Shown piece by piece: positions 11,058 through 19,580 of a stretch of 64,000 bases of DNA. Each line of letters begins with the position of its first letter. Position 1 is the stretch's first letter. A model generated the notes under the pieces. It worked only from the letters and a program-made list of their open reading frames with translations. It searched no databases and had not been told where the DNA came from. A program made the position numbers and the translations under genes. The DNA is from Chthonomonadales bacterium (GTDB lineage: Bacteria > Armatimonadota > Chthonomonadetes > Chthonomonadales > CAJBBX01). Where the stretch lies: NCBI GenBank assembly GCA_049967475.1, contig JBMFSQ010000002.1, positions 32,001 to 96,000 on the forward strand, given 5' to 3'.

Positions 11058-11837
11058 ATGCGAGCTTTGGCCAGGATCCTGCCGGCTGCCCTCTCAATCC
11101 TCGCGCTGGTGCCCGGATGTGCGCGCTCTCCTTCCCGCGGAACGAGCGGCGTTCGCCTCGTCGTGACCCTGCGCTTTGCCGGACCCATCAACGATAACTA
11201 CCAGTACTTCTTCCTGATACGCAACGGCAATGACCCAATCGGCCAGAATGGACCGATACCCGTCATCCAGCCGCCATACCTGAACGGCTTCGCCACTGGG
11301 CTCAACAATCAAACGGCAGCCTTTACCGACTTTGTGGAGTACAGCCGAGTGCAGCGCCAGGTAACCGCCTCGGGGTATACGCTCTACCATCTCCCTGGAG
11401 GCATCTCGGGAGACCCCAACCGCGATGTGTTTGAAGTACGAGGAGAACCCGATGCCGCCCAACCGCCCGTTGGAGGCAACATTCTGCATTTCGAGCTGGA
11501 CCTTGGCCGCCTTCAGCCCGATAGCGGTGACCCCGATCCCAACAATGGTCAACAGCCGCGGTATCTGCAGGTGAATGTGGTGGCCACCACTACCACACCG
11601 CACAATCCCGCGTCGGTTGACCCCAACAAGTTCTTGGATGCCTTCGGAGATCAGCACTTAGGCTCGGGAAGCTTCAATGCCTTCCTTACGCTTGACGCTG
11701 CGCAGATCGGGCGGACGTGGTCCAGCAGCGCCAACCCAGGCGATCCCACGTACGAGCCGGATAACGATGAGTTTCCTTCCTCAGGGGATCCCGCTGTGGA
11801 ACTCACGGGTTGGACCATTCAGATCACCCGGTCCTGA
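11058..11837 (+). CDS. Hypothetical lipoprotein
   Basis: MRALARILPAALSILALVPGC lipobox-like signal, then a beta-rich Asn/Asp/Pro body; divergent from lnt. Confidence 0.65.
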   Translation: MRALARILPAALSILALVPGCARSPSRGTSGVRLVVTLRFAGPINDNYQYFFLIRNGNDPIGQNGPIPVIQPPYLNGFATGLNNQTAAFTDFVEYSRVQRQVTASGYTLYHLPGGISGDPNRDVFEVRGEPDAAQPPVGGNILHFELDLGRLQPDSGDPDPNNGQQPRYLQVNVVATTTTPHNPASVDPNKFLDAFGDQHLGSGSFNAFLTLDAAQIGRTWSSSANPGDPTYEPDNDEFPSSGDPAVELTGWTIQITRS

Positions 11838-11876
11838 GGTTCGTTGTGTGTGGAACCCAGGGCAGGGTCTTTCTGC

Positions 11877-13463
11877 TCATGCCGCGCAACAAGGTGATGG
11901 GGGCTCCTCCTTGCAGCCCTCAGGTGATGCCTGGTCGGTACACGCCCGCATTAACTGGACGAACTGGGCGGCAAGGTTCGGGTCAAACTGCAATCCGGCA
12001 TTGGCCTCGATTTCCGTCAGCGCTTCGTGCAGCGACAGTGCAGCGCGGTAGGGTTGGTCCGCCCGCATGGCCGCGAAGGCATCGGCCACGGCCAAGATGC
12101 GCGCGAAGTACGGTATCTGTTCGCCGGCGAGCCCTTGCGGGTAACCTTTGCCATCCCATCGCTCGTGATGGCTTAGGAGGGCGCTGCGAATCTCTTCGAG
12201 GTGGGGCAAGCCAAAGACCAGGTTGGCCGATACCACGGAATGCATCTTCACGATCTCGTACTCTTCCGGCGTGAGCCGGCCAGGCTTTTGCAGGATGCGG
12301 TCCGGAATGGCGATCTTCCCCACATCGTGGAGCAAGGCAGCGATGCGCAGCGTGCCGCGTGCTTCCTCGGACATGTCCAGCCGTTGCGCCAACATCAGCG
12401 CGTACCGGGTCACCTCTTCGGAATGCACGCGTGTGTAGCGATCTTTGCGATGGATCATGGTGACAAGGGCGTCGAGCATGGCGAAGGGCGTGTCGGACCT
12501 GTGCCCGCCGTCGCCATTCGATCTGCCGTGAGAGCGGATGCCGCCTCCTCCTTGCGCCTTGGCGAGGTGCAGTGCGCCGTCGGCTGCTGCCACTAGGTGC
12601 GAGCGGTCATGCCCCGCCCGGATGGTGTCGGCGACGCCGAAGCTCAGTTGCACAGGCACATAAGCGCCTTCGGGCGTGCGGAAAGGACGGGCGCTGAGAT
12701 ACAGCATGACGCTCTCCGCGAAGCGATTTCCGTCCTCGGCGTCCCCTTGGAAGAATACGGAGAACGTGTCTCCTCCGGTACGGCCCACGATGGCGCCCTC
12801 GGGCAGGCAACTGCGAAGAGCGGCGGCGACGTGCCTCAAAAGATGGTCTCCCACAACCTGGCCGAAGGCATCATTGAAATACCGGAAGTTGTCAATATCC
12901 GCCACGACCAGCACGAGGGATCCTTCCGTTTTGCCTTGGAAGGCGTGGCTCATGCGGTGATGGAACGCCCGGTGCGTCAAGGCGCCCGTGAGGCCGTCTC
13001 GCTGGGCAACGTATTCCAGTTTAGCCCTAGCCTCCTCGAGCTCTTGGATGCGCCGGCGCAGTTCCGCCACCAAGCGCTCGTTCTCGGTGCGCAGCCGCCT
13101 GCGCTCCAACGCCCGATTGATCGCGGCATCCAACGCGCGGATATCTTCGATGGGCTTCAAGAGATAATTGGACACATTGCCCATGTTGAATGCCTCAACC
13201 GCATTCTCGATGGAACCATACCCCGTAATGATGATGAACTCAGTGCCGGGTTTGGATGCCGCCGCCCTGGAAAGCAGCCCGACACCATCCAGACCCGGCA
13301 TCTTCATATCCGAAAGAACCACATCGAAGTCGGTCTGCTCCAGAAGCGCCAGGGCTTTAAGGCCATTCTCTGCGAGCGTCACTTCATGCCCGACCTTGTG
13401 AAGATGCCGGCCCATGATGAGCCGCAGTGTCTCGTCATCGTCTGCCAGCAGGATCCTTGCCAT
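11877..13463 (-). CDS. Response regulator with REC, GGDEF-like and HD-GYP domains
   Basis: REC (LLADDD, DMKMPG, KP), coiled coil, DGLTG..GGDTF, then HD-GYP (LLHDVGK, HHERWDGKGYP). Confidence 0.9.
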   Translation of the reverse strand: MARILLADDDETLRLIMGRHLHKVGHEVTLAENGLKALALLEQTDFDVVLSDMKMPGLDGVGLLSRAAASKPGTEFIIITGYGSIENAVEAFNMGNVSNYLLKPIEDIRALDAAINRALERRRLRTENERLVAELRRRIQELEEARAKLEYVAQRDGLTGALTHRAFHHRMSHAFQGKTEGSLVLVVADIDNFRYFNDAFGQVVGDHLLRHVAAALRSCLPEGAIVGRTGGDTFSVFFQGDAEDGNRFAESVMLYLSARPFRTPEGAYVPVQLSFGVADTIRAGHDRSHLVAAADGALHLAKAQGGGGIRSHGRSNGDGGHRSDTPFAMLDALVTMIHRKDRYTRVHSEEVTRYALMLAQRLDMSEEARGTLRIAALLHDVGKIAIPDRILQKPGRLTPEEYEIVKMHSVVSANLVFGLPHLEEIRSALLSHHERWDGKGYPQGLAGEQIPYFARILAVADAFAAMRADQPYRAALSLHEALTEIEANAGLQFDPNLAAQFVQLMRACTDQASPEGCKEEPPSPCCAA

Positions 13464-13541
13464 CTGCCACTCCCAATGGGTGTCCGCGCCCAGGGAGTTA
13501 TTCCATATGCGAGGACGTCGGTGGATTACCGATGCTGCCCA

Positions 13542-14312
13542 TCAGCGCCAAGGCCGGGCATCCGGCGAACCCCAAAGGCGCACCAAAAGCTCCAGAGTTG
13601 TTGCGAGGTCCAGCACATTGTGCCGGGCGATGGAGGCAACCTCACGGCCGTCGCCACTCATCAGGAAGCGGCGATAGGCCGCTGGGATCTCCGAGCCGTC
13701 CACATCGCCGGTCCGCCTTCGCCCACAGACCACAGCCTCCAGGGTCTGGAGGCGGCAATCGGGCACTTTCCCTGCGAACCGCTTCCGGGCTTCGAGGAGC
13801 ACGTCCACATGGGGTGGAAAGTCGCCGGCGATCCCATAGCAGCGCATGCGCCGTTGCAAATAGGGTACGTCGAAATTGATGCCGTTGAAGGTCACTAAAA
13901 GCGGAACACGGGTCAGATCCTCACAGGTGGCAGCCAGTACAGCCGCCTCCTCGTCCAGTGTCCGAGCAAAAAACTGCCGACACGCGATGCCGCGTGTCTC
14001 GTTCCATTCGGCCAACCCTACCAGGAAAATAGGCTCGCCCATGAGGCCCAGGGTCTCAATATCCAAGCACACCAATCCGGCCGGACTGGGCGCGTCCGAT
14101 GCGCCTGCCAGCCGCAGGAGGGCCGGATTGCCCAACGCCTGCGGAAGCGCATCTGCCAAAGTGCGCGTCCAGGGCGCGATATCCTCGAGGTTCCACGACG
14201 CTTCGTGACACCGTCCTTGCTCAGTTACCCTCTCCAGCCCAGGCAAAAGCCTCCCTACACCGAACTGGAGATCAACAAACCCGCTCCTTCTTGGAGCAGT
14301 GGCGAGGTCCAT
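13542..14312 (-). CDS. RNase H-like (YprB/MrfB-type DEDD) exonuclease domain protein
   Basis: LDIETLGL, LVTFNGINFDVPYL, HVDVL and HNVLDL motifs. Confidence 0.8.
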   Translation of the reverse strand: MDLATAPRRSGFVDLQFGVGRLLPGLERVTEQGRCHEASWNLEDIAPWTRTLADALPQALGNPALLRLAGASDAPSPAGLVCLDIETLGLMGEPIFLVGLAEWNETRGIACRQFFARTLDEEAAVLAATCEDLTRVPLLVTFNGINFDVPYLQRRMRCYGIAGDFPPHVDVLLEARKRFAGKVPDCRLQTLEAVVCGRRRTGDVDGSEIPAAYRRFLMSGDGREVASIARHNVLDLATTLELLVRLWGSPDARPWR

Positions 14313-14385
14313 TGTTCCGATCCTTAACCTGGGGGTATGCTAACCGACAAGAACACCGGCCCGAACGGGCAAGGAGGTTCCACCC

Positions 14386-15207
14386 ATGAAGCATTGTCCC
14401 CAGTGCAGCCTCCTGCTGGAAACGCTGTCATCGGACGAATTGCAGATCCTTGTGTGCCGCGGCTGTGGCGGGATGTGGCTCCCGTCTCCGCATGCCTTCG
14501 AGAATGCTGCCAGGAACCGCAGACGCCTGCAACAGCTTCTGGAACCCTATCCCGGTGTGTCCCTCGCCGAAGCATTCGAAGGTCTCCCGCGCCGATGTCC
14601 CCAATGCCGCACTACGTATCTGGAACTCCGGAAGGACGCCCCAGGATACCAGTGTCCATCCTGCAACGCCATTTGGCTGGACGGGTTTCAGCGCCACAGG
14701 TTCCTTTCTGAAGTTCCGTCCGAAGAGGACCAGAGCCCGCAGACGGTTTCCCCATCGGCTCTCCCCCGAGAACCGGCCCAGCGTACGGTCGTGCTCACGT
14801 GTATGGATGCCCGCCTCCCGGTCCTCGAGATGCTGGGCCTCCGTCTGGGGGATGCCCACATCCTGCGCAACGCCGGCGCTCTTCTCACTGAAGATGCCAT
14901 TCGATCGGTCCTGATCTCCCACTACTTAATGGGCACCAACCGCCTCGCCATCGTAGGCCACACGGACTGCGGTATGACGCGGTTCACTGATGATACTCTT
15001 TTGGCGCGCATAAAACAGGAAACGGGCGTGGAGAAGGCCGCACCCGCCACGTTTCTGCCGTTCGGAAGCGTGGAACGGTCCGTGCGCCGGCAAGTAGCCA
15101 AGGCTCGGCGCCATCCCTGGTTGGCGGGCCGCATACTCGTTGAGGGGATGATCTATGAGGTGGAAACCGGCCGGGTGCGCCCGCTTGCCGAACAACCCGC
15201 AAGTTAG
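14386..15207 (+). CDS. Tandem zf-TFIIB-like zinc ribbons fused to a beta-class carbonic anhydrase
   Basis: CPQC..CRGCGGMWL and CPQC..CPSCNAIWLD, followed by LTCMDAR, RNAG and GHTDCG. Confidence 0.8.
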   Translation: MKHCPQCSLLLETLSSDELQILVCRGCGGMWLPSPHAFENAARNRRRLQQLLEPYPGVSLAEAFEGLPRRCPQCRTTYLELRKDAPGYQCPSCNAIWLDGFQRHRFLSEVPSEEDQSPQTVSPSALPREPAQRTVVLTCMDARLPVLEMLGLRLGDAHILRNAGALLTEDAIRSVLISHYLMGTNRLAIVGHTDCGMTRFTDDTLLARIKQETGVEKAAPATFLPFGSVERSVRRQVAKARRHPWLAGRILVEGMIYEVETGRVRPLAEQPAS

Positions 15208-15226
15208 GGCCGGCTCAGTAGGGATC

Positions 15227-16681
15227 TCACGCTGATCCGCATTGCCGCTTCCGCCGCCGCGTCTCCCCGGAGCGCTTGGCGCGAAGCCACCATCCGGCGA
15301 TCACAGCCCCGATCAGGCTGCTCTGGAAGGCGGACACGGGCACGGCGCCGGGGCCGGTGATCAACTCTGTGATCTGTGTAGACCAGCTCGAGGAACCGGA
15401 CGCCCACTCCTGGATCGTCCAGAAATGGGTGGGATCGAGGGGATCAATCGTTGTGGCGCTGTAGTCCCCCCACCGGTTGCTGCCGCTGCCGTCCAAGATC
15501 TGGTAGCTGGCAGTGCCCGACTTGAGCAGCAAGGGAGATCCGAACGTAGTCGTGGTGCCGTTGTAGGAACCCACGGATGCATAGCTGCTGATGAACTCTG
15601 ACGCTCCAGACCTGCTGTATCCGATCACCACGGTACCACTCGTGTTGACTGCTATGGAGCCGTAATAGTAATCGTGGTTGGGGTCTCCGATGATGCCGGT
15701 CTCTTCTACGGCGTCCGTAGCTGCGTTGATGCGGAACCACCGAAGTGCCGCCCTGCCGTTAGCCGTAACGCTTTGCACGCCCCAGATCTTGCCGTTCACT
15801 TTCACTACGCTGGAACTGAAGCGCGTGTCCCCCGTGTCTACGTTGTTGGGACCCCCGGGCTGAACGCCAAGAGGCGGTCCGTTGAAAGCCGCTACCGAGA
15901 TGAGGTGATCCGTGGTGTTGAGCGTATTGCCGGCTCCGGAGCCGGTGATCGTGGACTGTTTGAATGTCCCAGCCGGCGTGTTGTAGTCTGAATAGAGGTA
16001 CTCCGGCGTGCCTCCGCCGTCCAGATCATGCACGGGTTGAATACTGAAGCCCGTGGTGTTGGGATCCAGGTTGGTGAAGCTCACATTGGTGAGCGTGCCG
16101 CTCACGAGGCTGGCTTTGTCTACAGCGATCACGGTGGTGAGCGGCGAGGTGTTATCGAATTTGAACATATTCGCCGCCAGATACACGCCGGAACCGTTAA
16201 CGCCCAAGGTCGGGAAGTCTGCCCAGCGCGTGCTCAGCGGATCTGCAGCGATGGAGAATGCTTTCCAACCTGCCGTGGGATCGGAGCTGTTGGACACGGC
16301 CAGGAGGAAGCGGCTGCTTGCCGTGCCCGGATTGTCCGCCGCCGCTGCGAACCACCGTCCGCTCCCCGCATCATAGAGGACGCGCGGATCGAAAGACGAT
16401 GAGGACGACACCCCTGCATTGGTCCAAAATGCGTTGAGCGTAGTACTGGCCAAAACAGCCCCAGAGCGGCTGTACACGCGGTATCTGCCGTTGATGAATT
16501 CCACGAAGGCGTTAGGCCCGATGGCACCCATGGTGTCCGGCGGTATATACCCGCTGATGCCCACCGAACTGCCTGTGAAATTCGCGCCGATGATCACCTG
16601 CCCCAGCGCGGGGAGCTGAATCACAAATGCAGCGACCGCGGCGGCCATCCGCCACCAGAACGAGCTACCCTGCTCGGCCAT
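15227..16681 (-). CDS. Exported beta-propeller-like protein with PEP-CTERM-like C-terminal anchor
   Basis: AGGAGG RBS, signal peptide, PPDTMGAIGP / FDPRVLYD / WADFPTLG / RWGDYS motifs. C-terminus is PGAVPVSA, then a hydrophobic helix, then basic residues. Confidence 0.7.
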   Translation of the reverse strand: MAEQGSSFWWRMAAAVAAFVIQLPALGQVIIGANFTGSSVGISGYIPPDTMGAIGPNAFVEFINGRYRVYSRSGAVLASTTLNAFWTNAGVSSSSSFDPRVLYDAGSGRWFAAAADNPGTASSRFLLAVSNSSDPTAGWKAFSIAADPLSTRWADFPTLGVNGSGVYLAANMFKFDNTSPLTTVIAVDKASLVSGTLTNVSFTNLDPNTTGFSIQPVHDLDGGGTPEYLYSDYNTPAGTFKQSTITGSGAGNTLNTTDHLISVAAFNGPPLGVQPGGPNNVDTGDTRFSSSVVKVNGKIWGVQSVTANGRAALRWFRINAATDAVEETGIIGDPNHDYYYGSIAVNTSGTVVIGYSRSGASEFISSYASVGSYNGTTTTFGSPLLLKSGTASYQILDGSGSNRWGDYSATTIDPLDPTHFWTIQEWASGSSSWSTQITELITGPGAVPVSAFQSSLIGAVIAGWWLRAKRSGETRRRKRQCGSA

Positions 16682-16694
16682 GGCGATCCTCCTG

Positions 16695-18659
16695 TTAGAA
16701 GCGCCCCGCCTCCAGATCGAAGAAGATGCGGTGGCTGAACGTGGAGTACGAGAAGACGAGTTCCCGTGCTCCCAACGTCCGGCCGATGCTGAGTTCGTAA
16801 TCCCGGTACTGCCCCGCCATGAAGCGTTGCAGAGACGAAGCCAAAGAGAGGTGCCACCGGGGTGCGAGTGTATAGGACACATTCGCCATGAGACTGGATG
16901 AGGTCGTGTCCAGCATCATGCTTCCCGACACCGCGGTGCTCCATCTGCCGGAACCCGTCGTGATGAGGCTCAAGCTTAACCGGTGATGCCCGTCTGTGGC
17001 CAGAAGCACCGGCCCTTGCGTGTAATCGTAGGCTAGCTGGAGGCTCGCGCCCGGCAATCTGCGGGATGCGGCCATGGAGGCGACGACCGAGGCGCCACCC
17101 CCGTGGTTTGCCCATACATTTCCAACCGTGAAGTTGCTCGTGAGGACGGTGTTTCGATCCAGCCGGAAGGGATTGCTGTAAATACGCGCGTGCACATCCT
17201 GCGATTGCATTCGAGTGCGGTAGGGCCCACTGTTCACCTGCTGCAACGCTGTCGTCGTTCCCACGGCGTAGAAATACCCTGTGGATCCCAAGCGTTTGGA
17301 GAGTGTTTCCAGATACAATTCTGTGTCATATCCTGAGGAAGGAAAACCGGCGAAGCTGCGGTTGCCCGAGATATTCAGGCCGGCATATACGGGGCCCATT
17401 TGCTTCGTAAGGTTCGCCGAACCATAAACGGACCGGTGCTGTGGAAAATCCAGGTAAAAAGAGCCGCGCGCATCCGTCGTGAATTCCTGGCTGTGCGTCC
17501 AGCGGAAGCCCCAATCGGACCGCGTGATGCCGGTGAAGCCAAACTGCCCGGTGTATCGGCCGGAGCCTCCCAACGAATTGTATCCTTGCAACAGATCAAG
17601 CGACCATCCCGGCCGCGTAGCATACACACTGCTTCCGTAGCGCTCTCCATGCCGAATGTAGAAGATGCCGGTGCTCGAGGGCGTCAGATCATAATAGAGC
17701 GGAACGTCCAAGCCGATGCCCTGCGTGCCCACCGTAAGGAACTGATCCGTAAACAGTTCATTGGACATCAGCGCCAGCGAGTAGAACGGCATACTCACGA
17801 GGTGCTGGCCATCCTGGTAGAAATGGGGCCGCTTGAACTGCAGCTTCTGACCCGGAAAAAGGAGCACCTGTTGCGCGGTGATGAGGAGCTTGGAATCCGC
17901 CAGGTCTGCCATCTCGAAGCGGGCAGGGGCGATGCCGTTGGGTTCCACCGTCATTTTGAGATCCGGCCCGGTGATCTTCACGGGGCGAAGGCGATCTCCC
18001 ATTTCAGCTACTGCGTACGCCTCACCGCCGATCATCTGCAGGAACAATTTGCCGCACCGCACGCGGTGGTTCCCTCGGCGCAGCACCGCATTCCCGGAAG
18101 CCCGCAGCACATTTAGATTGCAATCAATCTGGATGCGGTCTGCCAGCACCTCGAAGTTCCGGTAGGTAGCATGCGCGGGCCTCTTAGAACCAGAGCTCCC
18201 CTCCTTTGCCACGGCTTCGATGACGCGGTAGTCCGCGCTGTAAACGACACTCCCACCCTGAACGGCAGCAAAGAGGTTCCCCTGGAACGTCTCGCTGGGG
18301 TCATTGGTGAAGGTGATGTCCATGCTTTCCGCGCGGCCGACGACGGCTGCCGTTACCGTGGCAGTGCCCGTCTGTTGGCTGGAGAGGCGCACACGCGCTA
18401 CACCTGCCCGCGTCTGCGCAGCTCCTCCCCCTACAAACATGCCGCGCGTCGTGGTGAAGCTTACCACCGTGCCGTCGGGAACGTAACTGCCTGTGGCGTC
18501 GCGCACTTCGGCGATGATCTCGGTGGTGTCCCGCCCGTCGGCCAGAACCACCATCCTGCTGGCCGTTAGTTGGATCGTAGGGGTACCGGCCGAACCAGCC
18601 GCCACGCTCTCGGCAAAGAAAGCCATACACAACCATAGCCGGATCACGTGGTTACGCAT
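16695..18659 (-). CDS. Exported protein: invasin-type Ig (Big_1-like) domain + LptD/OstA-like jellyroll + outer-membrane beta-barrel
   Basis: Signal peptide; ADGRDTTEIIAEVRDATG..VPDGTVVSFTT; EVLADRIQID..LRASGNAVL; amphipathic aromatic strands ending FFDLEAGRF (terminal Phe). Confidence 0.6.
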   Translation of the reverse strand: MRNHVIRLWLCMAFFAESVAAGSAGTPTIQLTASRMVVLADGRDTTEIIAEVRDATGSYVPDGTVVSFTTTRGMFVGGGAAQTRAGVARVRLSSQQTGTATVTAAVVGRAESMDITFTNDPSETFQGNLFAAVQGGSVVYSADYRVIEAVAKEGSSGSKRPAHATYRNFEVLADRIQIDCNLNVLRASGNAVLRRGNHRVRCGKLFLQMIGGEAYAVAEMGDRLRPVKITGPDLKMTVEPNGIAPARFEMADLADSKLLITAQQVLLFPGQKLQFKRPHFYQDGQHLVSMPFYSLALMSNELFTDQFLTVGTQGIGLDVPLYYDLTPSSTGIFYIRHGERYGSSVYATRPGWSLDLLQGYNSLGGSGRYTGQFGFTGITRSDWGFRWTHSQEFTTDARGSFYLDFPQHRSVYGSANLTKQMGPVYAGLNISGNRSFAGFPSSGYDTELYLETLSKRLGSTGYFYAVGTTTALQQVNSGPYRTRMQSQDVHARIYSNPFRLDRNTVLTSNFTVGNVWANHGGGASVVASMAASRRLPGASLQLAYDYTQGPVLLATDGHHRLSLSLITTGSGRWSTAVSGSMMLDTTSSSLMANVSYTLAPRWHLSLASSLQRFMAGQYRDYELSIGRTLGARELVFSYSTFSHRIFFDLEAGRF

Positions 18660-18770
18660 TGCACGGACCGTTCACATGAGGGATAGGTTACACGCTTGAT
18701 GCAAAGGCATCGCGTCGTGCTGAACTCCTTCGCCGAACGGATCTTGCCGCACCGACCTTCGCGAAGGGGA

Positions 18771-19505
18771 TCAGTTGCCGCTGGAGAGGCCGATGCCCAG
18801 GCCCAGGCCGATCGCCACAACACCCCAGAGCCAATTGCTGCTCCGATGGTGCCCTCCCTTTCCACCGGGCTTTTCCTTCACCCCCGCAGCGGGCTGGGCA
18901 GTAGACACGAGCGGTTCGATTTTCGCCATGAGCTGTTCGCCGGCCGTTCGCCCCGCCTCCAACGCCCGCTCAGGTTCCTTGGCCGTGCCTCCTTTGGCAC
19001 TGGAAGCGCTCAATGTGATGCTCTTAAGGATCTTGCCCGTGGCGGCATCCAGCAAACGCCCGCTTATGGTAACTGTGGCCTGGTGGGCGTCGGCATCGTA
19101 CGAATAATCATCAACGGACCCCACGAAGGCCAGGTCATAGCCGGCCAGCTTTGCAATCTTAATCGGCTTGGCATTCTCCTCCGAGAAGGGAGGCGTCACA
19201 TCGGCATCGGTAAGATCCTGATCATTGTGCAGGCGTGCCACGGTAGGCAATCCGCGGTAGTAGGCGTACACCACATATTTGTTGGTTGCCAAAAAGCGCG
19301 ACCTAGCTACGTCCGTAAGCAGCGACGAAAGCTCTGATGCGTCCGGCACTGCTGCCGAGCTCGAGACGTCAAAAGGAAACACCAGGACCGATCGCTTTGG
19401 CGCCTGAGCTGCCGCATTAGCCTGGGCCGATGCTTTCACGCTCGATGCCGCGCCGAAGGCCATCGCGAGGGCAACTACGAATGCCGTTCTCCACAATGTG
19501 CGCAT
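18771..19505 (-). CDS. Exported CsgG/TolB_N-like alpha/beta protein with C-terminal Gly-rich hydrophobic helix
   Basis: Signal peptide; SVLVFPFD...LLTDVARSRF...KIAKLAGYDLAFVGSV...RLLDAATGKIL; ends WLWGVVAIGLGLGIGLSSGN. Confidence 0.55.
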   Translation of the reverse strand: MRTLWRTAFVVALAMAFGAASSVKASAQANAAAQAPKRSVLVFPFDVSSSAAVPDASELSSLLTDVARSRFLATNKYVVYAYYRGLPTVARLHNDQDLTDADVTPPFSEENAKPIKIAKLAGYDLAFVGSVDDYSYDADAHQATVTISGRLLDAATGKILKSITLSASSAKGGTAKEPERALEAGRTAGEQLMAKIEPLVSTAQPAAGVKEKPGGKGGHHRSSNWLWGVVAIGLGLGIGLSSGN

Positions 19506-19532
19506 GATCCCTCAATATCCTCCCTATATCCT

Positions 19533-19574
19533 GAGGGCGCGGGTTCTGGGCCACGACAGCGCCCCCGCGCCCTC
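19533..19574 (-). other. Intergenic stem-loop immediately after CTD-protein gene 3
   Basis: GAGGGCGCGGG ... CCCGCGCCCTC 11-bp inverted repeat, no U-tract. Confidence 0.6.
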
Positions 19575-19580
19575 CATCTC

